NCBI GenBank assembly: GCA_002633005.1
Contig: NMRA01000213.1
Coordinates: 227,892 to 291,891, forward strand
Reading direction: 5' to 3'
DNA: 64,000 nucleotides
Source of the DNA: Phoronis australis
Taxonomy: Eukaryota > Animalia > Phoronida
The notes under the pieces were generated by a model. It did not search any database. It was not told the DNA's origin and was given only the letters and a program-made list of their open reading frames with translations. A program made the position numbers and the translations under genes. The stretch's first letter is position 1. Every line of letters begins with the position of its first letter. Positions 37,785 to 50,443 of this stretch are shown in pieces.

Positions 37785-40473
37785 CATAGAGTATAGACGG
37801 GAAATTCTCTCATTTAATTTACTGTCCAGAAAAAAAAAACAATTTCGGCATTGAAACGCTGTTCAATGCCTTCCGATAGTGGAACTGTTGGTATCGCGAG
37901 TACTTTTGGCAATGCTACAGGACATGTCATTGCAAAATTCAAACTTCGGTTCTGACTGATTTTGTCGTCTGCTTGCACAATCGCAGCATAGTTACCGGAC
38001 AGTTTGAGATTCATGGTTCACATACTGAGAAAACTATGAAAGCGTATTTGTGCACAAATTCTAAGGAGTATCTGTGAATGCAAAAGATACTTGTATAACG
38101 TTTTTGTTTCAGAAAATTATTAATTTTGCGTTCGCATTAAAAAATGCACCTCCACAAGTAATCCTGAACCGTAGGAAAAAAGACACACAGCACAACGAAT
38201 CAAATTTAGAAAATCACTGCCTTCGTACGATTCCATGTTGCTGTCGCCAGACTGATTTTCTTCCCCAACATCCGAGTAGAAAATCGACGTTGATCGAAAC
38301 ATGTGTTCGATCTCGTCCTTTGTTTCTAACTTCTAACCCATTTTTAAGAAAGAGGTGTACTGCTTTTGTCTCATCTTGAAAGAGCATAACTTTTGGTTTT
38401 TACAATGTTGAATACATTTTAGGCTGGGCGCGCGCTGGTGGCGATATTCTGGTTATTCCTGTTCTCTGGCTCCCCTAACTCAAAATCCTGGATCCTCCCC
38501 TGACATAAAGTTTTGAAAATAAATGGAGCAGTATCAAGACTCCCTAAGAATCAAGCTTGTTTACAAAAACTTTGCGCCATTGGCGATCTGATTGGTTAAT
38601 GAACTTACGACGGGAACATGATAGACCAAGTATTGTGCACGTGTGCACTGTAGCAACACTTTGTATCGTATTCTCATTTGGTCAATTTGTTGATACATTA
38701 AATTTCCTTATTTATGCCCATCCTGATATGACCGCAACACGAGCTTGTTGGATTCTACCATATTGGGGTTGGCATAGCGACCTGCATGGTGCTTACTCGA
38801 ATGGGTTTCATTTTACCGGCTATTTCAAATTGTGTAGGCGAAGTAAATAAATAAAGTGGATGATTATCATCACCAGAATTTAATTATTAGTATCTTTTGC
38901 CGGTTGCGCAAATTTTCTGGGACTAGGGATTGTCAAATTTGTAAGGTAGAAGTGTTTCGCTGGACTTCCAGGTCTGTGGTGTTATTTATACCAGACCAAA
39001 CTTAAAAACGAGACCCTCATTTGAATCAGGAGCTGCATAAAAATAATTGCAGGCGATCTAATAGGCCTACACGTCGGTACCAGACGTGCGCAGGCAGCAC
39101 ATGTGGGCCTATTGCACTGATACCCTGGAACCATTTTTATGCATTATTAATTTATAGTTAATACCGAGTTGAGGAGCTTGAAACCTGACCCAAGGATTTA
39201 GCAGTGTGAACAAATGGGATTCGAACCTACGACCTCCAGTAGAGAAAGCAGGCACCTATCACACTAGGCCACAGCGCCTCTTCGAGGAGGTTACAGGGTG
39301 CAATTTGTGTAGACGTTTCTCTGCTTTACGAGGTTTTATAAAAATGGGTCAATCTGTTGCCAACGACGGTAAATTCACAAAAGATTACGTGCAGTGCAAC
39401 TGAAAACGTAAAAGTCTTCCAAACCGCTTGATCTGATTTGACATTTCACATAATAATTCAGCAGGACAACAGTTAGTATCCTTTACGCACGAGACCCTTT
39501 TGTTACATTAGGAGTAAGATTGGTTCATTATGTAGCCTAGAGATATTAGTACTTAAGGCAGAAATTTAAAAATCATTTGTCCGGTTACAAAAATATAACA
39601 TTGAAGAATAAAAACAACCAACACACCCTTCTGGTGTTCCTGTTCCATGTTTGCAAAGAAATTGAAACTCTTGTTAGTTGGTTGTATTTTCATAGCAATG
39701 TATTGTACTTGGCTAAGATGGTGTAGAAATTTTGTGCGGCATACATTCGGCATGAAATGAGAATGTAACCTGCTGTTGGATTGCGAGATAGATTTTGAGT
39801 AGGCCAGTTGGTTATCTCTGGAGTATTCATGTGATCTTTATTTATGTTAAAGTTTTTACCAGCATTCAATTTATATGTACACGGATTTATAAATCAGCGA
39901 AATCGTTGATCCAAATCCAGACGAAATGTACGCATTCTGCTGAGATAGTAACCGCCTGATTATGGCCAGCGAAGATGACTAATTTGGTTAATTCGCACAC
40001 TAGACTATGGCTTTTGAAAGAATGTAGCGGACAATTTCAATCAAAAAAATTACCAGGTAATGTTCATCAAAAAGGAGTAAAGAACAATGAATATGTGAAG
40101 ATAGAATTAAGTAGGGCCTAGTAGGCCTACCAGAAGTTCTTAAAAAACATCCATCATCAAATTGTCTTGAACATATCTATAAAGTCTTATTTCCATTAAC
40201 GTTGATACAAGACATAAGGCTTTTCTCCCACAGCCGATTATGAGGTCTCCGCACGCTATGGAAGCTAACGCCTTTGCATTTCGCATGTGTCGCCAAACAC
40301 CCGGTCACACAGCAACCGACCATTATTAGCAGACAACATACTTGCCAGAAATAACACCAGATAATTTGGCCAGGTGACGCTAGTGAATAATGACGTAACG
40401 GCTTGTGCAAAACAGCACAGATTTCGTCCATTGAAAATATACGGAGTTGGCGGTCCATGTACTATAGTCTATG
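37785..40473 (-). mobile_element. THAP-bearing P-element/Galileo-like DNA transposon remnant
   Basis: GTAGAAT|CATAGAGTATAG ... CTATAGTCTATG|GTGGAAT, i.e. an 11/12 TIR and a 6/7 7-bp TSD. A THAP-like N-terminus MVGCCVTGCLATHAKCKGVSFHS..W lies ~150 nt inside the right end. The insertion interrupts the Hero RT at ..AMEFFHIP / EVAGFLMLCFDQFKLRF. Confidence 0.75.
39040..39283 (-). mobile_element. tRNA-derived SINE copy 1
   Basis: Minus strand has A-box TGGCCTAGTGTG and B-box GGTTCGAATCC. Aligns with the copy at 42020-42232 well beyond the tRNA-like head. Confidence 0.8.
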
Positions 40474-42019
40474 GTGGAATATGAAAAAACTCCATTGCCA
40501 GTCTCAACATGCTGTCTGGAACAGATCCTTAAGAAATGGCAAGATCTAACCAGATCACATGCAGGTCATTCTTATCTCTCTTAGCTTCCCTAATCTTTGA
40601 CCAGATCACAGTAGTTTTCTTCTTTCGGGTATATCCACCTTCTCCCACACCTTTACCAAGGCTCTCCACAGACAAGTGACCAGCTTTGGACATTTTTTAA
40701 TTAGTGCATAGGTTACACCATTGGGTCTTCCTGCTGACCCACTTCTAGACTTCTTGATGACTTCCTTCACCTCCTTCATCTTAACCATTGACTCATCAAA
40801 CAGAAATGTCGGAGCAGACGGCTTACTCAGATCAGCCATTGGTTCTGGGACAGAGTATACCTACTCCAGGTGTTCCTCCAATTTCTCCTGAGATACAGTG
40901 AGATTACCACAAGTTTTATGTTTGAAGGACTGCTTCGTGAAACGGAAAGGATTCCCAGTGAAAGCTTTTCTTGCTTTTGGAGACCAGCGAAGCTTTTCAA
41001 CAAAACGTTCTGCTCTACTCAGCTTTGCAATCTGTCTTCTCACATCCCTCAGCAGTACTCCAATCTCTTCAGCTCTATGAACCTCCTGCTGCATGGATGC
41101 ACGTAGTCTCCTCACGTCCTTCCTTAATGACTGGATTGTCCTCCTCCTCCTGTTTTGCTTTGGAATAAATTGTTTCCTTTCCTTTTGCTCTTTCTCACCA
41201 ATTTTCAGGGTACCATAGTCACTTATCATACTTCCCAGCACCTGAACTTTCCTTGCTGCACTGCCTTTAATCGTGCGGAAAGCGATGCTTAAATCCGTAT
41301 CCATTTCCAGCTGTGCCTATTTATCAGATGATTTAGGCCACTCAGGATCAGGATTCTGTGCTACATTGTAGTTTGTCTCCTGGTCGACACACTCCGACGA
41401 CTTATCAGGTAAACCCGAGTGCTTACCATTGGTTGATATACACTTCATCCTTGTCTGATGTATCTTTCTTCCTTTAATAGACTTAAACGTCCTCCCACAC
41501 CCTTCACACCTCGTCTCTCCTAAGTCTTTTCTGAAGATCATGTATCACCTATGTTAGCAAGTCATACATTTTAACATCCAATCTATAACAGGCGACCTTT
41601 CTATGTAAACCTTTAGAACTATGTTTATACGTTGATGATGTATAAGTCATTTTGGTCACAATTTCTTACGGTCCGGCGCGAGTGGCGACAGCTGGCCTGA
41701 GCACGCGGTCACGCACGTAGTATTGCGAAAGCGTTTAGTCACCGCGATTTCAACCGTACACCACGGATGTCACGCTAGACTACGTATTTTTTGCAATTTC
41801 CTAGATTATCGAGAATCATGAACAAGCAAGCGGGGGTCGGAAACCGGGTGCGAGGGGAGTGCAGAGCGGTGATTTGGGGGCAAAATGGGGTGCGAATTGG
41901 TGTCAGGGAGAGAGTTTAGGGGACAAGGAAGCGGATGGGGGGACAAGGAACAGACTGATCCGAATGTATCTTGATCAGCCGTCATCAATGAACTTCGGTG
42001 ACAAACTGAAGTGTTAAAA

Positions 42020-42232
42020 AAACAATTGCAGGCAGTCTGGCCGTGCATGTGGGTCCGTTGCACTGATCACTTGGAACTATTTTTGTGATTCATTAATAAA
42101 ACGTAGTTAAAACCGAGCTGAGGAGCTAGAAACCTGACTCAAGGGTCTAGCAGTGTGGCCCAGTGGGACTCGAACCCACGACCTCAAGTATAGAAGGCGG
42201 GCACCTATCACACTAGGCCACACTGCCTCCTC
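42020..42232 (-). mobile_element. tRNA-derived SINE copy 2
   Basis: gaggcagtgTGGCCTAGTGTGataggtg...GGTTCGAGTCCcactgg, followed by acccttgagtcaggtttctagctcctcagc (loosely CORE-like). Confidence 0.8.
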
Positions 42233-43356
42233 AACTGAAATGTTACAACAGCAAGTAAGGGAATGGACGGGTGATTTTAAAACCCGAGGGACGCGGAGTG
42301 ACTTTTCGATCAGGTCACTACTATATTCCCCGACGAAAGAGCACATGAGAATATTTACACGGGAAAGNGGGCTAGAAATGATTTCAATCACTTACAGCAC
42401 AATGATCAGGTCGGTGATGTATTAGAATAAAAGGATTAGACAAAATGATTGTGTAGGACTATTCAATTTTGATATTCGATTAATAAGCATTTTGTTGAGA
42501 TCACTACAATAGCATTCAGCCGAACCGTTACGGTGCGAAAGGAAAGATCATAGAAGCTGGACCAAAATAGGTCCCATCAGACTAAAAAGGGTGAGGTTTT
42601 AAATCTTGTTTTACGTCCTCTCTAAATATATGTTTGTACATACATGGCCAGCGGCCCAAAAGTACATTGCACATGAAATAAACAAAAACACAGAGCGTAT
42701 GGGACGGATATAATAGCTTCCATCGCTCCCTGCAAAACGTAATCACAATAACCCCTAATTGGCAAGGAGTTTCGAACCCTTGACTCGAGTAGGGGCCTTA
42801 GTCATTTTTCGTCAACTAGTGATGAAAGACCACGTGCAAAAATCAACTACCACTCCAGGTAAGACAACTTTCGTCGAAGAATCAATTAGCTTTTGTCATG
42901 TGGCAGAAATAATTATTGATTTCCATTCCTTCTAAATTTGCAATTACTCCATCCCAACTGGAATATTTGTGGGATATATAAGTGCACGAACCTACTGAGA
43001 TTCCACAAAAGTTTTTCTGAGAGCTCAATTCTTGCTCTATTTGGAATCCCCGGGTCCTTTTCCAATTTGGCCTTTGTCATGCTACGTTTTTTATTTTTTT
43101 TAGTTGATTATTGTTCCGATAGATGTCGGGATCCGTTACTGACCTTGACCTTGGCTTTTTACACGTTTTCTGCACAGTTGAAGAATTTAGTAGTGGTGAT
43201 AGTAGTATTAATAATAAACATTCTATCGTGCTTAGTCGTTTTTTCTACCATGCACGTCAATAGTGAAAATTGCTTCAACGTGCTCATCGAACAGCTTCTT
43301 CAACAGCCTTAATGAGACCCCTGAACACAGTTATTTTAATAACCTATAACTAAATG

Positions 43357-43359
<3 letters not shown>

Positions 43360-43411
<52 letters not shown>

Positions 43412-43431
43412 TAATAACAATAATAATAATA
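43360..43431. repeat. (AAT)n microsatellite
   Basis: Directly visible. Confidence 0.95.
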
Positions 43432-44122
43432 TAGTATATCAAAAGGACTTAAAATGGTTGTAAATCATGTCCTCGTGTCGAAAACAACTTCCTTCCTAGA
43501 CATATGCGCTTTCAAAACGACATTAATGACTTCTTGTCTTATGTCATAATTGAACTTGGTTATGAAAATTCGCCTAAACAACATCAACATCATAACGTCA
43601 GTTCAATTTTCAGGTTCAGGAGTGAAACAACCGTGCTGCGATCTGAAACTTATTGAGCCCGATCTGAAGCTGTATAACGAACAGTCAGTTCCTCTTGATT
43701 AAAGCTATATTGACCTAAATCAAATGGTTGTTTTTAACAGAAAGCACGGGTTAAATGTCGCATAAACGTATAAAATATAACAATTTAAACACATTTGTGA
43801 AACCTTGAAACTCAGCTGCTGATTACAACTTATTAAAAACGTGCGATCAAGTCCAGCTGCTACCTACATATGTACGGTTCTGCTGGGTTCGAGTTCGGGT
43901 TGGCGTTGATTTAAAATATCACTTTTATCGTCGATAATGTCTCTATAAACTACTGCTACAGAAACTTTCGATAACTGGCGAAAAGCCCGATACGAGAGAG
44001 TGGCCATTGTTAGCAAGAGAGTGCCAGTGAACGACGTCACAAATTTACGCAAAAGTTTAAGATCTGTAGAAGTTGGCCTATACTGATACCCAGTTCCGTT
44101 TCAAGTAAAAATTAATACAATA

Positions 44123-44390
44123 AATTCGCGCACCCAGCCTAAAATTTAGGGGGGCTCGAATTTTTCGGTATGCGCACCTTTTACTGACAACAATCAACGA
44201 GGACTAAAAAAAACTGGCCACTAGGTTTAGGCCTACGAATTGTGCATCCGCACAGAATTCCTGTGGACATTGTGGACTTTTGTCTCGTTTACTCGTCCTT
44301 TTTGTTTCGCTGAGGCGGATCTTTTTGCCCAATTCGCCAAACTGGGGGACTCATTCGAGTCCCCCGAGCCCCCCCCTGGGTGCGCCCATG
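44123..44390. mobile_element. MITE family A copy 2
   Basis: CAATA|aattCGCGCACCCAGCCTAAAAT ... CTGGGTGCGCCCATG|CAACA. Homologous to 3039-3293. Confidence 0.8.
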
Positions 44391-44618
44391 CAACAGAGGC
44401 ACCGTTGCAAACATTCCCTCATTCGTCGAAGTTCTGATACGCCGTAAAATGTAACAATTTCGTAAAATGTAACCACTGTGAGATTTTACGTCATTGTTAA
44501 ATTTTACGTTGACTCTCCTTTTTGATACATGTACATATTAAACATCACTGACTTTGACGTTGGCGGTTTTTTGTTCCATACAATTCACTTTCAGTGAAAC
44601 CTAGTTCTAATTACTCTG

Positions 44619-44873
44619 CATGCGTGCACCCAGCGGGGGGGGGGCTCGAACGAGCACCCCCATTTGGCGAAATGGATAAAATGGTCCGCCTCTGAGACAC
44701 AAAAAGTCCGTGAAAATGAAACAAAAGTCCACCAAAAGTCCACTAAACAAGCGCAAACACGCAATTTACAGTGGTGGCCCCGTTTTTTTTAGTCCGCCCG
44801 CATTTTTGTTACCAAAAGGTCCACAACGTCATCAATTCGAGCCCCCCCATATTGGAGGCTGGGTGCGCGCATG
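44619..44873. mobile_element. MITE family A copy 3 (opposite orientation), 5-bp TSD
   Basis: CTCTG|CATGCGTGCACCCAG ... CTGGGTGCGCGCATG|CTCTG. Confidence 0.85.
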
Positions 44874-47085
44874 CTCTGTTCAATTACTGTTTTTCTAAGA
44901 ATATTGGGGCCCGTTCTACGTAAGTGACCCAGTGACCGCAGCCGACTAATCGTTAGTTCTATAAAAATGGCTGCCTCCAGAGTTCAACTTAACGCAAATT
45001 TCAAATTAAACATCATCGTGAAACAAGCCCCAGTTCTTTGACAAGGAATGTTTTCGACAAGAGACAAAAATAATTACACGGTGGGTATTCTCACGTTTAG
45101 ATGAAAGTCGCGAGTAAAACAGTGCGGTATGAATTCAGTTCTTCGTGGCAAACTACAGATGGATATAGTAATATTTACAAACAATACTGTGCTTGCCGGT
45201 AGGTCAGAAATAATCAATTTTTGAAATTGGTGCACGTATAAATAAGATTTTAAATCTCAGCCTCCTCGTTTCCAAGAAGTACTAAGGCCTACTCTGCATC
45301 CACAGCTGTCAAGACACTCCCCACAATATCGTTAAGGCTGAACACGGGAACACCTTTAAAATCCTTTGGAACAGCACACGCTGTCCACTATGGAAAGCCC
45401 GATGAAAATGTTGATCAGTAAATGAGATGATTTTAAAATCGTTGATGATCATGATGTATTAGAACTTTGCTAAACATGTATTGTGTCCTCGTTAAATAAA
45501 TTTTAAAATATTCATAATAGCAATAGTAACGATAACGAAAACGAGTAAGAGTAATGATTGTAGTAATAGTAATAATAGTAGTAATAGTAATGTATTACTA
45601 ATAAAAATGATAATAGGCAGCCAAATTTATGTCGTGTCAGCCCGGAGGGCATTCTATAGAAGTGATATACGAAAAGTGTCGCCCACATAAAAAATACTCT
45701 CCACAATGGTGCCATTTTCGACAAAATCATATCTGAATTTCTGGAACAAAAGTGTGCGAAAATGTGAATTTTTACACAAATTACATTTTGCACCACCATT
45801 TTTGCTGTTTTCGTCAGTCTGCCTACATGTTCTTAGTGTGAAGAGATTGGTTGACGATGATTTTCTGACAACTTTGACTGCTGTGGTGCCTCCTATTGGC
45901 AGTTTATTTTAAATGGATCATCGCTGACTTTGACGTTGGCGGTAACATTGCCAGAAGTTCCAGCCTTCGACGCCATTTCTGTGACTGATCACGAGCGAGA
46001 ATAGATCGGAACGCGTCGAGGCGCTGCTACGTTTTAGGGATGTCACGTGATGTACGTGTCTTATCCCAGGAAGGCTAGCATGAAAGGAAAAATGTTTTAC
46101 CGCACTTTAACGTGTTCTCAAAAAATAACTCTTCAATCTCTCAGTAATTCAAGCAACCATTTTGATTCATCCATTGTTCTCTGGTTGGCTATTTCTTCAT
46201 TATCTACTGCGTGTCTGGTGAAGTTTAGGGAGCACTCAACAGTTTTTGCTTATTTGGGGCTTGAAAAAGCAGGTTAGTTCCAACGATCTGTTCCACAGGA
46301 TGTACAAAACCTCAAATTTTCCACCTTCTACGACTACCGGAAGTGCAGATGGCTACTCGAAATGTCGAGCAATATTATACCGAATCAGGTGTTATCATCT
46401 CGAAGGCAATAGTTACACGCAAATTACTATGAACTGAGAGACAGTGCATTCACATTGCCAAAACTCTCCAGATTCCAGAAATCAGATGAAAAGTAGATTT
46501 TTCTCAAATCTAAAGAGTTTGAAGGGTACCTGAATTTCCCACTAAATTTCCCGCTTGCAAATAGTAAAGGTTCAAGAAAAGCCAGAGCTGAGCAAAGTGG
46601 GTCAAGGGGTCAACAGCTGACAGTCTTTCACTCGGAACAGATCCAAAAATCAGGCGAATGCCATTCGTAGCCGCGGCTATAAACACACATTCCCTGACAG
46701 AAACCACATTTTGAGTTCGGCCACTTATCGTTATGAAATTGGCCTCAAATGGCTCCTTAGTCAAAATGGGTATGATTTCGAAACTAGAAAAGAACCAACA
46801 ATTCGTTTTTGCTTGAAATTACGCTACACTGTATACAATTTGGCTTATCCCGTGAAGTCATTTTATTACCTACAGTTTTGATTTTTGATTGTAGGACAGT
46901 AATAGACATTGCAAGGTATAGGCCTACTCACATAGGACTTTGGTTTTGAATGTGAACTCGTGAGTGGCAGTCCATTTTTACTGACCGGCCTGTTTCGAAG
47001 AATTTTGCCAACTGCATAGAAAATTGCCAGGCAGCATAAATTTACATGTCACTTTGAATTTGTGTTTGAGTTTTGTACGTGACTG

Positions 47086-47325
47086 TGATTGACAATCCTC
47101 ACATATTGTGATTTTGATTGCAAGATACCCGCACTGCCCTCTGTCAGCGAGCAGTAGAAACTAAAATTTTGATTTTGCTGCAGTGTGTTTCAGAATGGCT
47201 TTCCGAGTGATTGACACTTCTCATATATTCTGATTTTGATTTTCATTGTGAGATACTCGCATTGTTCCCTGTCAGTCAGCTGAAGAAACTTCAGTTGTTA
47301 TTTTGAGTGGGTTTCAGAATGGCTG
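47086..47325. repeat. Diverged ~120-bp tandem duplication
   Basis: Two units, each running gtgattgaca..ctca.atatt.tgattttgatt..agatac.cgca..ctgtcag..gtttcagaatggct. Confidence 0.7.
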
Positions 47326-48039
47326 CCCATGCTAACAATCGAGTTCTTGCTGTTTTGATTTTTGGTTGTGTGAAAATCACGTTCCACACTGTCTGTGACC
47401 ATACTTTAAATTATTAATTGTTCCGAGACAAGTTTCATTTCACTTTTTAAACAGAGATGCAAAGATATTGATCAGCAAAAATGGCAAGAAATTTTGAACA
47501 ATATGAATAAGCCGGAAACTTACAGAATTTTTAAATTAAACATATGTTTTGAAAATTATTTAGTTGTATTTGGCAATTTAAATGTTAGACCTGATATGAT
47601 AAGATTAAGATGGTCAGCGTGTGCAGCAATGATTGAAAAGGGCAGGCTCTTGAAACTTACATGTAGCAGACCAGACTCTCTGTATTAGGCCTTGTGTCGA
47701 CCCAGAATATCATTTTATTACCAAATGCCCATTCTACGACCACTTTAGGAAACGGTATTTGCTTGCATGATCATTGATTTCCATCACAGAAAAACTCACT
47801 GTACTGATATATGGGTTCCTTTACCGATCACCTTATCAGTCACCAACCTGAAAGAAAGCACTACTGCAAAGGTCTAGCCAATCCATTAGCGAAATTTAAC
47901 CGTAATAAGCATAGCATAATCGTAAATGGTGATTTTAATTCCTGAAACTCTACCATGTTTTACGATGATCATGACAATACGGCTGGACTATAATTGTTTG
48001 ATATCTTACTTTCTAATGACTGTAATACATCTAATTAAA

Positions 48040-48336
48040 CATTGGCGGATCTAGGATACCATAAGGGGGGGCCCAAGATATTGCCCCAGAGAACAGGGCA
48101 AAGCGCGATTGTATGCACAGGCGACCCGAAAGTTGCGGGGGCTGGCGGTGTGTACCTGGTGTTGCCAAATTCTATCGGACTAAAAAAAAACACGATTCCG
48201 CTGCGCCCTGCCCCCCCCGCTGCCATTCCAAATTGGTGCACTCGTTTCTTCACGCAGTTGCTGCTGTTTATTTTTCCTTGCACCAGCCAAAGGGGGGGGG
48301 TGGCCGGGCCCCCTGCCCCCTCTAAATCCGCCTATG
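48040..48336. mobile_element. MITE with 15-bp TIR and perfect 5-bp TSD
   Basis: TTAAA|CATTGGCGGATCTAG ... CTAAATCCGCCTATG|TTAAA. Removing it plus one TSD restores the LINE frame (H-L-I-K-E-P-T). Confidence 0.85.
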
Positions 48337-48732
48337 TTAAAGAGCCAACGAGCATGACCGTCATTGCTCAATAATGCATTGATCTCTATACAACAAACAA
48401 TTTGAGCATCACTGAATCATATTCTGTACTGCCCCCTGTTGGCAATTCTGACCACCACACAGTTTATTTCAAAGAATACAGAAATATGATCCGCGCGGCT
48501 GTCAACCACAACAATCATCTTACCCAGTTATCAACCACAACGGTACCCTAGCATCAAGTAGCAGTAACAAGAGTGACCAATTCCCCAAAAAATTCACGAA
48601 GAAAAGCTACTTTACACCGACTGATGTAAGTAACTTTATCTTTCTCCACGAACGACGTTTCGACCACCTGTCCGATATCCTGGGGAATCAAACCCACTTC
48701 CTCAAGTATCTCCATGAAAATGACCTAATTAA

Positions 48733-50443
48733 AGGAGAATGCCACCCACAAAACAACCTACTTTGTATGAATTTAGATCGAGTAGTTCTACTCGATAACG
48801 GCGCGTTCGGTTGCGTTACCTGACACCTGACGGCAGACGGAGGTGTTGAAATTATCCAATGACGTCATTGGTTTCACACGCTGTCTGTTCAGCATTTCAC
48901 AACACGGGTTACTGGTGTCAGCTTATCGCTTGAATTCATCGTTTAACACCAATAAGTCATCAAACTTCGATGTAAAACCCTTAAAATACACCGAGTTCTT
49001 ATAAAAACGTGTTGTTTTATTTCACTGTTACAGGTGTATTGGTATTTGGACACACCATAGCCTACAAAGTTTGGCAGACCAATTTACCAAGGTCCATAGC
49101 AGGAGTTTGGGGTCTGTTCGGAGACAAATTCGAAGTATTCTTTCATGAAATACAGAAATGAGAACCTAGATCTGAGTGGTTTAGAGTTGTGATTTTTTGA
49201 GTTCTAAACACACAAAACGCTTGTTATTCCGGCCAGTGGCTCGGAACCCGATCAGGCCCGTCGCGGCCGAACTGACTCGTTATCCCGGCCAGTGGCTCGC
49301 ATCCGATCAGGCCCGTCGCGGCCGCCGGGACTGGCACGAACATAAACCAGTTTGAGTTGGAAACTAAACCTCAAGTCACGAAAAGACTATAACAGTGAGC
49401 CAAAGAAATAATGTGCACGTAATTATAATATGTGAATTAGCCACGAAACTGAAAATCTACTTGCTTAATTTTGTAGGGGGCCGCGAAGTCGGGTTACCCT
49501 TCCACAGTCAGGGCAAAGGTTGTACAGTAACAATGATTTGAATAATGTATTTGTATTTCTAAATAAAGACTCCCCTAACATGTGACCATAGCATATAAAA
49601 CCGAGTAATTGTTTCACAACAGCTTTTTGTCAGCAAACACTGAATTAGCATGCGGTCACACCGCCTTGGTGCCCGGTCAATCACCTTTATTGCCGTCATC
49701 AAAAGCCGGTAACGCAGTATTTTATTCATTGCTGGCTTCTCAAAATTTGCACTCACGAATACTGCAAAGGCATTACAAATTGTAATGAGGCAGACTTTGT
49801 TTCACTTTTATATAAGCCTTGGTTAGGATGAGACTAATTCATTTTGAAAGAGAACGCAGAATAATAAACGTCTACCTGGCAACTCGCCCGGCGCCAATCC
49901 CGACTTAGCAAGAGCTCATCCGACGAAGACTTCACGGATCGGATCGTTAGGTTTCACAGGCTATCAGTTCGAACAGGAATACACTGATCAAGAAATACTA
50001 GAGAGGCGCCGTGAACATGCAACGGAACGTACGGATAGTTCTTTGGTAAGCCGGAATTCGTCAAAGAAATCTCTGCCAACGAAATGCCGGACACAAACAC
50101 GGAGATGTTTCACGGCCTCATACTTGCTATTTACAGCGTACCTTTCATTCTTTAATACCGCGAGCCACTTCCCGGAAGCATTTCGGGCTCTCGAGGAAGT
50201 CGAAAAAAGGATATAGCCGCTTTCTTCGCAGCTTCATAGTTCGGACGAGCGGGAACGATGCCCTGCACTATAGCGGCATTTACTCTGCAGACGATACACT
50301 GACGTCGCTGCGTCGTTTCTCACCTTCCTCACAGGATAACGCGACACCTCTCGGCAAGGTGAGGTCGACCGTATAAGAGGCGATGTAGATATATACCGAT
50401 TAAGACGGTAAAAAAGACTAATTAAATCGGGTGGCATTCCCCT
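48733..50443. mobile_element. Kolobok-like non-autonomous DNA transposon (TTAA TSD)
   Basis: TTAA|AGGAGAATGCCACCC ... GGGTGGCATTCCCCT|TTAA (14/15 TIR). Purine-purine termini favour Kolobok over piggyBac. A second partial copy lies at 33986-34611. Confidence 0.8.

Larger units (their letters stand above)
36338..41541 (-). mobile_element. Decayed Hero-clade (R2-group, restriction-like endonuclease) non-LTR retrotransposon, split by the 37785-40473 insertion
   Basis: Collinear minus-strand fragments: zinc finger CEGCGRTFKSIKGRKIHQTRMKC; SRSGSAGRPNGVTYALIKKCPKL; RT motif DLHVIWLDLA..GSVP; KGIPMGCAI; C-terminal RHNLVL..LRPDV..ELTVAWED..YERKLLRY..PFEVGCR (REL endonuclease). Many stops and frameshifts. 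Confidence 0.85.

Noticed and set aside
41830-41950. G-run-rich stretch upstream of the Hero element (G-quadruplex candidate)
   Set aside because: Loops are long and irregular; no supporting evidence for function.
42150-42232. Possible tRNA gene
   Set aside because: A and B boxes are present but there is no proper cloverleaf or acceptor stem, and homology with the 39-kb copy extends far past the head, so it is a SINE.
46047-46764. Cluster of 60-85-aa ORFs
   Set aside because: No domain similarity in any frame and no coherent splice structure. Like most short ORFs in the track, they are consistent with chance.
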